DNA from: Nageia nagi
Lineage: Eukaryota > Plantae > Pinophyta
Direction of reading: 5' to 3'
Length of the DNA: 64,000 nt
Assembly (NCBI GenBank): GCA_050084985.1
Contig: JBITNC010000001.1
Coordinates: forward strand, 45,632,001 to 45,696,000
The position numbers and the translations under genes are program-made. Of the stretch, positions 1-13,706 are shown piece after piece (position 1 is the first letter of the stretch; the number at the start of each line of letters is the position of its first letter). Below the pieces are notes generated by a model. That model worked only from the letters and a program-made list of their open reading frames with translations. It ran no database searches and was not told the origin of the DNA.

Positions 1-105
1 GAACCTAGGAAAATCAAGCTTAGTTGTTCTTGGAATAATAGATGCCTATGGACCTGCATGTTGGTAGGTATTCCTATTTTGATTAGAACTTCCTGTTGAT
101 GAATT

Positions 106-315
106 TTATGCCTGTTGTGTTAATTGTGTCAATGTTTGAATTTGGATTACGTTCCTATCTAGGGCATTATACTTGAGATCCAATCCTGATAACTTTGCAT
201 TCAAATCATCAAACATGTCCTTGAGATTTACTCCTCCCAATGTAGATTTAATCTGTTGAATCTCTTGGTCTAAATCCTTCAATGTCGGGTCTTGAGATCT
301 TCTCCCTTCAGCCAT
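106..315 (-). CDS. Probable gag N-terminal fragment
   Basis: First ATG ORF downstream of the PBS and leader; heptad-like L/I pattern; no diagnostic domain visible. Confidence 0.45.
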   Translation of the reverse strand: MAEGRRSQDPTLKDLDQEIQQIKSTLGGVNLKDMFDDLNAKLSGLDLKYNALDRNVIQIQTLTQLTQQA

Positions 316-1435
316 TTTTTTTTAAACTACTATTTCTAAAAAATTGCTATTTTTGGTAACTGCTATTTTTGGAAAGGCAAAAAAGTGTATGGGTATAGTA
401 TATCAAAATGATCAGTGTGAAAAAATATTTGCAATGGTCTAAGTCTCAAAAAAGTGAATTTGGGCTACTGAAAATGTTTTTGTGGATACTGGCCTAAATA
501 TGGTGAATGGAGAAAATAAATTATGGTGGTTATGTTGGGAAACTATATGAAGATGGAGGAATTAGGATGTGAAAATTTATGGAAAGGTGGGAAATGGTGT
601 AACTAAGATCCAAATTGAATTTCAATTTTTTTAGAGATGTGTAGAATATTTTATGAATTTTTTTGATAGTATTTTGGGTAAAAATTTGCTCCAAAATAGA
701 GTAAAATTAAAACCAAAATAAATTTTTGTTTGAGCTCTATTTGCAGTGATTTTTTTTTCTATGGTTGTAAAATCAAAAAGTAGTAAAAAAGATATTTTTT
801 TTTCACAATGGGCCCATGGTCATTTACACTCAACAATAGGTGGCCGCCAAAACTCAACCCTGAAACACACCCTTTTTTTTCTACTTTGTTGTAAGATACT
901 ATGATTCTGAACTCTAAACTCTGAACTCTGAGCTTTGAACTAATTTACTGTAGCACCTTATGCCTCCCAAGTTAATTTTTTTTTTTTTTGGTTTTCTATG
1001 GAAAAATCGAACTAGGGTAAGGTGTGTTTGCTCTATAGGCCCACCTAAACACCCCTCCTATCCAACTTTTGTAATGAAAGAGGCTATGGAGATGGCTTCT
1101 GTGGTGAGTAACTTCCCAAGGCTAACTGCTTATCGGTGCACTACAGTTTACGAATGACCGAAAGATTCCTACCTAATTCCAATTTTTTTTTCCTAAATGG
1201 TCTCCAATATACCTTTCAATACGTGGAGTCTAATTCTTATACAGGTTCTATCTAAGGCCTGGGTATTGATGCAAAGTTTTATGCACCTCACTTCACACGT
1301 AACTTTATGGGCAAACATGCTTAGCCAAAAATGATAGATCCTCCATGATATTTTAAAACCCCAGCACAGGGTTTCTAGCCTAGACTCTAAATTTTTTTGT
1401 AGTAGAATGGCCCTGGAAAGAGCTTTGATATCACT

Positions 1436-1821
1436 TGTTACGATTCTGCTAGATCTTAAAAAAATAATGCAAAAATAATAATAAGATTTCCATATTTTCA
1501 ATGAAATAAGAGTAGATTTGCAAAACTCATCAATATTCAATAGATAATAGAACTCGAATTTGCAAATGAAAACACTAAATCACAATACCTTTACTGAATA
1601 AGAGCTAAATCACTAGCTGCTTCGAGGGGGCTTCCTCCTTACACTTCAAATCCAAAAATATGAGCTGAATGATGACATTCTCAAGCCATACAACATCTTT
1701 ATATGATACTAACCCTAACCCTAATCTGCCCTACTAATAATTATGGTATTCACATTACAATCCGGTTACATCATAAGTATACTACTAATATAATTAAATG
1801 TTAGGATGTGGGATCCTAACA
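1436..1821 (-). repeat. 5' LTR (386 bp) of the left-edge gypsy element
   Basis: TG...CA termini with adjacent PBS. Shares the motifs ttgaataagag/ctgaataagag, cttcgaggg and the terminal ggga(t)cctaaca with the LTRs at 47615 and 48705. Confidence 0.7.
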
Positions 1822-3100
1822 ATCTTACTTTGTTTCCTCATTTTTGCTTATGGATGTCTTATGCAATTTATTAGGCCTCTCGATTAGAATAGTTTGAAGT
1901 GAATCCCCCTTTGGTATAGATTTAGGTAATTTAGTATCAAGGGTTCTAGGGGTAGCATTCATATCTACCAAAGGTCAACTTGACTAGTTAGGTTCATTCC
2001 ACTTGATCCACACTATGACAAAGGTTTTCAATAAGGGCCTAATTCACCACTCATAAGATGTCACTACCATAGTCTTCATCATCATGTGAGTCAAATAAAT
2101 CATAATCCAATGTGGAGGTTGAGATAGAGGGAGCCTGATATTTGTAGGGTGGTATGCCTCTAGGTAATTTTGCTTTACATACATTGATTTTTGAAACTAA
2201 TAATATCTCAATGAAACATTTTTATATTCAATACTTTGGTGTTAAGTTTTCTATCATGAGGTCAAGGGATAGATTGAGGCCAAGGTTTAGATAATGACAT
2301 CCATACTATGATTTGGCCTTTTGTAGGTCCTTTTTCATCTCATTCTTTTTTATATATTTATCAATAAAAGGAAATTTTCCAATTACATTTCCAATTTTCA
2401 TGATGGCCATCTTACTCCAAAATTTTATGGAGAGGTTGTATATATTTACCATTAATAAAATATCCTCAATTAGCTCAGAGAGAGGATTAAAATTCAATGA
2501 TCAATCCTAAATGTAAAGGTCCCTTTTCCCAAAAAGAATTGGCATCTCTTGTTAAGGATCCAATCTCTAACTTCGATGTCATAAAAAATTATCATGTATA
2601 AATTATAGTGGAGGAGGACAATCTAAGGCTTACAATCCCATTCTTTTTCAACAAATTTTATCAGATCCTCCCAAAAAGGGTGTGTTCCTCTTAGTTTGCA
2701 GATGATGGCATGAGATTTCAAAACATTTGGATCCAATCCAACTTCATCATCTCCAATATCAATCTCCATTGGGGTATCATTGATAAGTTGCATTTGTGTG
2801 GATTTCAAAGGATCCCTACAATTTCTATGATCACTCTATCTGATTTTCTTATGGTTTGATTTTTTTTTTAGGGTTTACTCCATGATCAAAAGGTAATTTT
2901 GAGTCACATTTCTTCATCTATAGAATTTGCTCCTAACTTCATTTTTGAGATATTAAGGTTTCAAAAAGCTTCGTATGAGAGAGTTTTTCATTTTGAAAAT
3001 CCATCATAGGTGCTTGCTCTGATATCACACCCTTAGCCTCTTCCTAGCATCATCTAGGGTATCCATTGCTATCACCTAAAAAGTTGCATGCAGATGTGCT
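1822..3100 (-). pseudogene. L1-type LINE ORF1 remnant (DUF4283-like domain plus degenerate zinc knuckle)
   Basis: ORF fragments HAIICKLRGTHPFWEDLIKFVEKEW (2623-2808) and NLSIKFWSKMAIMKIGNVIGKF (2306-2497) match plant L1 ORF1 patterns; many stops. Confidence 0.7.
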
Positions 3101-3479
3101 CTTCAGCTCACCCTTCCCAAGTAATTATTTATGTCAATTGATATTTACTTTAAATTATATATAAATTCTCATTTTTTACATATTTTTAATATTATATTTT
3201 CCTTTTTTAAAAAATTAATTTAATTAATTATTAATTCTTATTTTTGGCATATTTTTTATATTGTATTTTAATAATTTTTTTTACAAAATTAAGTTATTTT
3301 ATTTCATTAAATTAAATTAAAATAAATAAATATAAATATTAAATATTAAATGTGAAACTCAACTCAAGGTATAAGTTTAAAATTTAAGACATGAATATAT
3401 CAAAATATCAAATCACATTGTAAATGTAGCATAATTTCAAATCATAATGTATCATGAATCAACATCATGATCATGATCA

Positions 3480-4324
3480 CTATCAAGCTCATAATGATCA
3501 CTGTGTGCATCATTATGATCACCACCACCACTCCTCCTATCCTTAGTAGTCTATTCCTTGACCTCTACTGGCACTAGTGATGAACCCCACTATAATTAAA
3601 AATTAAATATATATTAATAAATAAATAGAAAATAAAAATCTTAATTACATGATAAAATGAATTAAAATAACATAAAATATCACTAATTACTTACCACCTC
3701 CACCAATGTGATTAGCCTATTGAAACCTTCTTTAATTCTATAAGCCAATTCATCTAATGTTAGAAGTATTCAAAATCTATTGAACCACCAAAAATATATA
3801 TATTTAATTAAATAATATTACTATTATTTAACTTTTTTAAAAAATATTAAATAATTTACAAATATACTCACAACCATAGCCTCAATTTTGCATTTTCTTG
3901 TGTTAGCAGTTCCATACATACCACCAATAGAAATTGATCTACTAAAATTATGCATGGATACAAATTTTTCCTGCACTAAGTGTTCATTTGTGGACCTGCA
4001 ACACCCTTCATCATCATTCACTTTTTTTGACCATTTGTTTCCACACTTTCTTATTTCATGTTGGTGGTTTGATGCTCATATGATTGTCTAGTTGAAGCTT
4101 TTTTATGAATCTTCTAAAGTTATCCCTTTTGCAATTCAAGTTGGGAGTTGTCATTTGGAGTATTTTTTTGCACTCCACCCATCACCCCAATCTTTTATGA
4201 GCACATCTATCATTTGTCTATTGGCTACAAAATACATAGTTATAAAAAAATATTTTTTATTTTTTTATATTTAATTTTTTTTAAATATCATAAAAAATAT
4301 GTTTTGAAATTATTATTATTAATA

Positions 4325-4355
<31 letters not shown>

Positions 4356-5000
4356 TGATCTAATTTTTTCATTTAAAATCCAATGTTGGATCAAAATATA
4401 GGAATGTCGCATCCTTGAGCCAATCATAAATAATTTTCTTTGAAAAATATTTGCAAATTAATATATTGTAAATCTATATATAAATATACATTTTTTCAAG
4501 CATCAACTCTTACCAGCTTCATCACGCATGACTTCATCATCTACTTTGACCCTTATTTCAATCCCCTTTGCTCCCTTTGAAGTTGAAAATGTAGAGGTCT
4601 CTTGATTAACTAACTCTACACTTAATCACCTTTAACACATCAAAAATAAATAATTTAAAAATATTACTTCATTCGTAAATAAATGAAAATTAACAAATCA
4701 TTAAAAAAGTATTACCATGTGGAGTGCTTGGAGGTTGTGGTCTAGTGCTTATGGTATGAATTCTAGAAGAAGTCTCAATACCCAAATCTTCCTCCTATTC
4801 TTTGGTAGTAATATTATTTTCACAATTTTAAACATTTAGTTTGCTAACTCTCCTTGAAAAAAATAAGTTAGTTTCCTTATAAAATCAAAGCATTAATTAA
4901 AATATATTGATATTACATTATAGCATTTTCTTGTCATCTTCAAGATCATGATCTAACCACTCCTTTCCAAGTCTTTTTTTTTTTTACCATGATGATCACT
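3480..5000 (-). pseudogene. Possible CACTA TnpA/Ptta-like (Transposase_24) multi-exon remnant
   Basis: Minus-strand KPPT*NKKVWKQMVKKVNDDEGCCRSTNEHLVQEKFVSMHNFSRS (about 3930-4085) resembles the Ptta pattern P....VW..LV..W.....RS..N...R....H..GS. Short coding-like blocks are separated by very AT-rich GT-AG-bounded gaps. Confidence 0.4.
4328..4354. repeat. (TA)n microsatellite, about 13 units
   Basis: tatatatatatatatatatatatatat read directly. Confidence 0.95.
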
Positions 5001-5269
5001 AAATAAAGGTAATAAAAATTTTAATATTGTTAGTATAATAAAGGAAAAACATAATATCAAAAAATTTAAATTTAAAACCTAATATCATAATTTAAAAAAA
5101 AAAAGCTTAATGTTCTAATAAAATAAAAAAATAAATTTCATGTCATAAATCAGATAAAAATTAAGCCTAATGTCATAAATATAAAAAATAATTAAGCCTA
5201 ATATCATTAATTTTATTTAAAAAAAAATTAAAGCCTAATGTCCTAAACGTAAATATTTTTTATAAAGTC

Positions 5270-5550
5270 CTAACCTTGAATGTTTTCACAAAGTCCTAAT
5301 CTTGATTTGTTTTATAAAGATGTAACCCTAAAATGTTTTACAATATCTTAATCATATATATTTCTTGCAAATTATTAACCCTAAGTTTCTTTTACAATAT
5401 CATAACCCTATATCCTAAACCCCTAAAACTCTAAACCTTAAAACACTTTACCCTAAATCTTGCCCTTAACCCTTTACTCCTAATCCTTAAACCCTAACCA
5501 TAACCCCAAACCCTTGAACCCTAACCTCCAATCTAAATCCTTAACCCCTA
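5270..5550 (+). repeat. Degenerate plant telomere-like (CCCTAAA/AACCCT) tract
   Basis: Repeated aaccctaa, taaaccct, aaccttaa and aacccttg units. Confidence 0.7.
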
Positions 5551-7565
5551 ATTTAATCAAAAAAATGGAGGAAACACTAACCAATGATAGGAATTGAAGC
5601 AACAAATATGAGATCCTTAGGATAGATGATCCAAAAGGAGAAAAATTTTGAGCTCAATTCAAGTAGAAAATACAGAGACATATGGAGAATATGAGACTTG
5701 ATCATCATAACTACCAGTCATATAAAACCAATAATAGAGGTAAGAAATTATTTTTCCCTCATAATTAGGTTTAGAGGGAGCTCCAATAGTGTATAAGCAT
5801 GATGAACAAACCATAAAGGATGTAATAATAGGATTACTAGAGAAAAAATGAGATAAGCCAACCTTGGGAATCAATCAAATGGATAAAATACAAAGACAAG
5901 AATGCCCATAAGGAGAAGTTAGGAAGTTAAATAAATAGAAGATGCAAAAATAAGGTGAAAAAATGAGAGAAATAGGGATTGTTGAGTCCTTAAACTACTT
6001 CTACAAAATTGTTATCAATGATAATACATACATGGAATGTAAGGGGATTAAAAAACCATCCTAGATTAATATTGTTGTATAAGGAAATTAAGGATTCCTT
6101 ATAGGGAATGCAAAATATATCAAAGAGATGTTGGTAGCAAGGAGACTTTATGCATCAAGCTTATCAAGATCTCTCAAGAGGTTTAATATCATTATGGAAT
6201 AAGAATAGATTTAAGATATTAGACTTAACTTAGCAAGAGAGATTGTTATGACTAGACTTGAAGAAAGGGAATCTAGAATAGTTTAGATGATAGTAAAATT
6301 TTATGGTATAATAGAGGTAAGGGTTCAAGAGGTACAGTGGAAAGTAATCCAAAAACTTAAAGAGTCATATCCAAGAGAGTTATGGATAGTGGGAGGGGAT
6401 TTAACTATTAAAATATTAGTCTAAGATTTAGGAAGGAGGATTGGTTTAGTTAAATTAGAAGGACAATTTATTATTATCTCAAGTAGAATTTTAAACTTAT
6501 TTGATATAACCCACCATGGTGTAGCAACACTTAAATAAATAAAAGGAAAGGTGATGACACTATCAAATCTAAGTTGGACATATTTTTGGGTTTGGGGAAA
6601 AAAAGACTATTTTATGACAATACCAATCCTATATTCTAAACTAGTTGGCATCTTATCATTTTCTTATACAACTTCATATAAGATAAATGCCTCAAGAAAA
6701 AAATTGACCCTTTAGGTTTGAGCATTTTTAATTTTTAAATCAAGACTTGTGAAGACTTATAGAGCATTAGTGGTAATGGGTAAACCCTCACATAGAGAAA
6801 CATAATTCCAATATCATTCTAGATTGAAATTCATCAAGAGTAAATTAAAAATTTGGAGCAAATCTCTTAAGTCAAATTTTCCAATAGCAAAGAATAAGTC
6901 TCTCCATACAAATGAAAGAAACAAAAAAAATAATTCAATATGAGCCTCTTTCTTAAGAATTGGTCTAAGAAAATTATTTGCTACAAGAGGAGGAGGAACT
7001 TGATAAAAAAAGAAGAGGCTTGTTAGAGATAAATATCAATAACTACCTAGTTATTGAAGGGAGATAAGAATACAAGATTTTTCCATCAATCAATAACAAC
7101 CTAAAATCACCATAATAGGATTGATGCTCTATTTACAAAGGAAGATAATACAGTTACCACTACTTAGGTATGCAAAAAATAGCTAATAATTATTTTATAT
7201 CACTATTTTCATCAATGACTAATATATCTAGCCAACATTAGGAGGAAATTATTGAAAGCATCCCAAAGATACTTTATCATAAATAAAATAAGAAACTCCA
7301 AGAAATAAGGAGTAGGAAGTCAAATTAATAGTGTTCTCTATGCAAATAGGAAAGGCACCTAGTCCAAATGGTTTTCCAATAGTGTTTTTTAGGACATTCT
7401 AGGACATAAAAAGCATAATATCTAAGCCAAGAAATAGAGGAAGCAAAGCTAGTGGTAAAATTTTGAAGGCCTTCAACCATACTTTTCTTACTCTAATTCT
7501 TAAAGAGACATGAAATATCTCTCCAACTATGCATAAATTATATTATATTGTAATGTAGTCTATAA

Positions 7566-8069
7566 TGTTGGAGAATTGGCCCTTATAACAAGTTCATTTT
7601 TTGAGCTTCCATATTTTAGGTCCTAATTATTAGCTTGTGAACTGACTAGTTGTAACTAGAAGCTATCCGATGACCTCCAAATCTACCAACCAACCTACTA
7701 GCTAGGCTTAGATAAAAAGTGCTTCATAAATCCAAATATTGAATATATTTTTATGTGTTTTATCTAGTTGCTCATCTCACCTTGATTTACTTGACAAGTG
7801 TCGTTAGTTATTACTTTCATTTACTATGGATAAATTTATAAACTTTGTATTAATAGTTAAATCTCATTCTCAAGTTGAATGTATTGATGATTTTTATTCT
7901 ACAAATCTCTCCATTGAATAATGTATGAAGCTTCATTCTTAAACTTCATTTGATATAATTTTTTTTCTAGTAATATATTATTGTTCCTATTCAATTCCTC
8001 TTTTATTTTATAATATTGCTCCATTATTTACAGTATTGTTGTCTATTTTGAATATTCTTGAACTTATCA
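7566..8069 (+). repeat. Copia A 5' LTR (504 bp)
   Basis: TGTTGG...TTATCA; homologous to 19944-20476. Confidence 0.85.
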
Positions 8070-8923
8070 TTTGTTATCAGAGCTTTGTTGGGTCTGAGTT
8101 GGGTTTGAGAAAGCCTATGCCTTATTGTAAATACAAATGTTTCTTATAGATTATACAATTTCTTATTTTTAGGTATCATGGCTAGCAATACAAATTCATC
8201 CATTCCAATTCCAAAATTTGATGGAAGTGACTATGAATACTAGAGAATTAAGATATAGACTTTGCTCATAAGAAAATATTAATGGGGTGTAGTTGATAAT
8301 GGCTACTTAGAACCTATTCATTAGAGTAAACTTTTAGAATATGAGAAGAATACTAGGAAGAAATGTAGGAGAAATAAATCTCTTACCTTGTCTCACCTCC
8401 AAGAAGCTCTTGATAGGAGCATTTTTCCCAAGATTGTTGGTTGCAAGATAGCCAAAGATGCTTGGATAGTGTTGAAGGAAGGATTCTAAGGGAATGATCA
8501 AGTACTAGAGGTGAAGTTACATACTCTAAAAATAGAATTTGAGACACTCAAGATGAAAGAGACTGAGAAGGCAATTGATTATTATATTAGAGTGAAGGAG
8601 ATTATCAATAAAATGGAAATTCTTGGTGAAGATATGAAAAAGCTAGTTATAATTAAAATATTTTGAGATCACTCACTAAGAAGTGGAACCATATTACTAT
8701 GATTTTGGAGAATACCAAGGATGTATCTAAAATGGAGATTAATTATATCATTGAATCTCTTATGTTTTATGAGGAGAGACTAGATGATGAACCATTCTAT
8801 TCTAGTAATGTACGAGAGAAATCCTTTACTGTAAAAGAAGATGAATCAAGCTCAAATGGACAAGGAAGAGGAAGAGGAAGAAGCTATAAAAGAGGTAGAG
8901 AAAGAGGAAGTGGAGGTTCTTCA

Positions 8924-11900
8924 TGTTGGAGTGTGGAGCCTGTTATCCTAGGAGCTACATGTATAAACCATGTATAGGTGGAGTGCCCCTATGATCCCTT
9001 ATTAGAAAAGTGTTATTCTTGTAAAAACCTACTTTTAGGAGAAGCAATTTTTAATGGTGAATTAGGAACATTGATATTTAGGTCATAGATTGTATTCTCT
9101 ATTATATAAAAAGGATTTTTATGAAGGAAATATCATGGTCTTAGAGTTATGATAGGGTTTGAGCATATGGGAGCTTGATAGAGAGCTTGTGAGAGATTGA
9201 GGAGATTGTGCATCAGGGTTGATATGAATTATAAATTTGTAATCCCTCTATTTTGGACTATGATAAAGATTGATTAGTTATTTCTTTAGGGACATAGCCC
9301 ACATTGGATGAACCTCATTACATATTATGTTAATCTCTTATGTGATTGTTCTTGGTTATTTATTTTACTTGTGCAAGTTTTATTGTGCATATATATTTTA
9401 CTTGAATATATATATACCCAACAACTGGTATCAGAGCTTTGTGTTAGGCACTCACAAAAGGGTGTTCTGTTGGAGTGGGAGTAATGGAAGAAAAAGGGAT
9501 ATTTCAAGTAGAAAAGTTTAACAGATAGAATTTTCAATTTTAGAAAATGCAAATGGATATTCCCTTTATTAAAGGGACCTCTACCTACCTCTAGAAGGTA
9601 AGGTAAAGATACCAAGTACAATGCCTAATGAATAATGGGCTTTGTTAGATAGGAAAGAATTGGGGATGGTGAAGGTTATGTTAACTAGCATGGTAGCCTT
9701 CAATATTTCAAAAATGAAAACCATAAAGGATGTGATGCATGCATTAGCTAAGTTGTACGAGAAACCTTCATCTTTGAACAAGTTTTTTCTAATATAGAAA
9801 TTATTTAATATGAATATGAATGAAGGTGCTTCAATTTAGGGTCATTTAAATACATTTAATATTGTGAATAGTTAATTAGGTTTAGTAGGAATAGATTCTA
9901 ATGATTAAGTCAGGGCTTACTAATTTTGTAATCACTTTTAGAGAGTTGGAATAGTTTGGTAATGGCTTTAAGTAATTCTACATCTAGTTCTAACAAGTTA
10001 GTATTTGATGATGTTGTTAGCATTATTCATAATGAAGGTATGAGGAGAAAAACCTTGGGAGAGCCCTCATTATCAAGAACAATGTTAATGGTTGAGAGCA
10101 ATAAAGGAAGGTAGAGAGAGGAAAAAGTTAGAGCAGAGGAATATTAAAAGGAAGATATAAGTCAAAAAGTAAAGGAAAACTTCAATATTGGTATTGTGGC
10201 AAGAAAGGCCATTTGAAGAAGGATTTCTAGAATAGAATCAATGATGAAAAAGGTGAGGATGGAAGAAATAAAGGTAATAAATTAGAATCAAATTTAATTG
10301 GTGAAATATTGTAGGATGTTTTGATGTTATCTTTATATAAGAATAATGATTACTTGGTTATTGATTCTGATGCATCTTTTCATGCTACTTCATAGAAGGA
10401 TTATTTTGTAGAGTGTGTTTAAGGTGATTTAGGATAATTTCTATTAGGAGACAAGATTTCCTACCAGGTTGAGGAAATGGGAAAGATAAATATGAGGTTA
10501 TCTAATGGAACTCTATTGGTATTGAATGAAGTATGATATATTCCTAATCTGAAGAGAAATTTGATCTCAACCAGTAAACTTGATAAAGAATGCTTCACAA
10601 TTGTATTTGGAGAAAACCCTTGGAAGTTAGCAAAAGGCTCCATGGTGTTTGCTAAAGGTAAATAAGCTGGTTTGCTTTATTTTCTTATAGAATCATCTAT
10701 TTGCACTATGAATTTTGTTGCTATAGGAGAATATGCACTACAAATTAGGCCAAATGAATGAAAAAGGAATGAAAGTTTTGCACTCATAGAAATTACTATC
10801 AAAAATCAAGGAAGTTTATTTGGGGTTTTGTGAGGATTACATTTATGGTAAATAAAAAGGGTAAGATTTCTACAAGTTGAAAAAGAGAAGAAGATAGAAA
10901 AGTTACAATTAGTTTACATTGATGTATGGGGACTAGCTCAGGTAACTTCTCTTAGTGGTTCCAATTATTATGTATTTTATAGATGATACCAAAAGAAAAA
11001 CCTAGATTTACAGTATTAGTAAAAATTCTGATGTCTTTGATACATTTCAAGGTGGAAGGCATTGGTGGCTAATTGTGTTGACACTGTTATTTATTTGATC
11101 AATAGGGGGCCTTGTACTGCTTTAGATGATGGTATTCTAGAAGAGACATGGAAAGGTAAATTTGTGAACTATTCCTTCCTTAAAGTCTTTGGGTGTGAAG
11201 GTTACACTCTCATAGATAAGGAAAATAGAAAAAATCTAGATGCTAAGTTAGGAAATATTATTTCATTAGATATGGGGTAGATGGCTTATTTTTCAGATTA
11301 TGGGAGAATACTAAAAAGTAATTCATTAGGAGTAGAGATATTTTTAATAAGAAAAGAGTGTAAAAGGATGTATTGTAGGGAAATGATGATAGTAAGTACA
11401 TTGTACTTGATAAAGAGAATATACCAAAGGTGCAAAATGAGAACCTTCAACTAAAAGAACTAGTAACACTAGTAAATATTGTAAGAAGATCTCAAAGTGT
11501 TAGTAACTCTTCTGATAGATATTCTCCTACTTTGTATTATGTTTTGTGTACTAATGCTAGTGAGCCAAAGAGTTTTTATGAGGTTATGTAAGCAAGTAAC
11601 AAGAAGCAATGGGAGCTAGGGATGGATGAGGAGATGGATTTCTTATGCCAAAACCAAACATATGGTTTGGTTAAGCTTCCTACTAGAAAGAAACCATTGC
11701 ATAATTAATTGGTATATATGGTTAAAGGAGAAGTGGGAGGCAACAAGACGTACAAAGAAAGGCTTGTAATGAAAGGTTATGCATAAAAGAAAGGTATAAA
11801 CTATTATGATATTTTTTCCTAGTAATCAAGATGAATTATATTCATACTATTTTAAGTTTGGTTGTAACCTAGGATTTGCATTTAAAGAAGCTTGATGTAA

Positions 11901-13673
11901 AGATTGCTTTCCTCCATGGTGATTTAAGGAAATATATATGCACCAACCTTAGAGTTATGAGGTAAAGGGGAAGGATAAGTTTATTTGCATTTTAAACAAG
12001 AGCTTGTATGGTTTGAAATAAGCTCCTAGATAGTGGTACTTAAAGTTTGATAAGTTCATGCAGAACTTGGATTATGGTAGGTGTCATTCAGACCATTATG
12101 TGTACTTAGAGAGACTAGGTAATGGGGGTTATATTATTTTGCTTTTATATGTTGATGATATGCTTGTAGCTAGTAATAGTATGTAGGATATTAGTTCTCT
12201 CAAGAGGAAGTTTGAAAGCATTTTTTCATGAAGAATTTGGGAGCTGCAAAACAAATCCTTGGTATGAGAATCATAAGACATAGGAAGAACCAAAAGTTGG
12301 AGCTATCACTGATGGAGTACATAGAATTTTTTTTAAAGAGGTTTAATATGAATAATGCTAAAATAGTAAGTACACCTCAAACCATTTTAAATTAACCAAA
12401 GAATGTATCCTAGAACTAATAAGGATAAAGAACATATGGGAAAGATCCCCTATGCATATGTTGTTGCTAGTTTAGTGTATATTATGGTTTATACTAGACT
12501 TGATATTTCCCAAGTAGTGGGATTTATGAGAAGGTATATGAATAACCATGAAAAAGAGCATTGGGAAGCAGTGAAGTTGATACTTTGGGATTTGAGAGGT
12601 ACATCCAATCATTATATACATTTTGATTGTACTAATACTAGTGTAAAGGACTTTATAGATTAAGATATGGAAAGTGACAGAGATGGTGGAAGGAGCACCA
12701 CTGGTTATGTTTTGACTATTGGTGGAATAATTTTGAGTTGGGTGTCCAAGCTATAGAAGGCTAGCACTTTGTCTACAATATACATAGAGTATATTGTAGT
12801 TATAGATGCTAGCAAGGAGATCATTTGGCTTCAAATATTTATGGAAGAATTGGGACATGAATAGGATGATTACAAGTTATGGAGTGATAGCTAGAGTGCT
12901 ATTCATCTTGCAAAGAATTTAGCTTTCCATTCAAGAACTAAACACATTCAAATTAGTTACCATTGGATACGAATAATATTGGAGAATGGATCCTTAAAGC
13001 TAGAAAAGATACATACTAGTAAAAATATTGCATATATGTTAACCAAAGTAGTTTTGAAAGATAAGTTAAGCTTTTGCTCAAATGTGATTGGGTGGATAGA
13101 GCCATGAAGGGTTAAAGGAGATCCCCAATAGATGCAAAAATAATGTAGTTTATATGGATAGTATTTAAGTAGAAGATTGTTGGATTATGGAGCCTATTAT
13201 CCTAGGAGGTGCATGTGTGCAACCATGTACAAGTGGAGTGCCCCTATGATCCCTTGTTAGAAATAACATTGTTCTTGTAAGAACCTATTTTTAGGAGTGG
13301 CTATTTTTAGTGGTGAATATGGACCATTGATATTTAGGTCACAAATTGTATTCTCTATTATATAAGAGGATTTTGTATGAAACAAATATCATGGTGTTAA
13401 AGTTAAGCATTTGAGCATATGGGAGCTTGATAGATAGCTTGTGAGAGACTAAGGAGATAGTGCATCAAGGTTGATGTGAATTGTAATCCCTCTATTTTGG
13501 ATTGTGATAAAGATCTTATTAGTTGTTTCTTTGGAGATGTAGCCCACATTGGTTGAACCTTAGTACATATTAGTGTTAATATCTTATGTGATTGTTCTTG
13601 GTTATTTGTTTTACTTACTTTTGCAACTTTTATTCTACATATATATTTTTCTTGAATCTATATATACCCAACA
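8924..13673 (+). mobile_element. Copia B: decayed Ty1/copia (Tnt1/Tork-like, same lineage as copia I) inserted in gag of copia A
   Basis: Perfect TSD CTTCA (8919-8923 and 13674-13678). LTRs 8924-9423 and 13178-13673 (TG...CA), PBS tggtatcagagc 9426-9437, PPT remnant aagtagaagat 13167-13177. gag MEEKGIFQVEKFN and RT LLYVDDML (~12140) with many stops and frameshifts. Confidence 0.95.
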
Positions 13674-13706
13674 CTTCAAAATCAAGGGAAGAGGTCAAGG
13701 TTATGC

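Larger units (their letters stand above)
1..1821 (-). mobile_element. Ty3/gypsy-type LTR retrotransposon, 5' end (LTR, PBS, leader, start of gag); continues off the left edge
   Basis: LTR bounded by TGTTAC (1436) and CCTAACA (1821). Degenerate tRNA-iMet PBS gctttgatatca (1422-1433, minus). ORF 106..315 (MAEGRRSQDPTLKDL...) is a coiled-coil-like N-terminus after a ~1.1 kb leader. Confidence 0.7.

Noticed and set aside
3017-3028. gctctgatatca PBS-like motif on the minus strand
   Set aside because: No adjacent TG-starting LTR or partner repeat; lies within the LINE remnant
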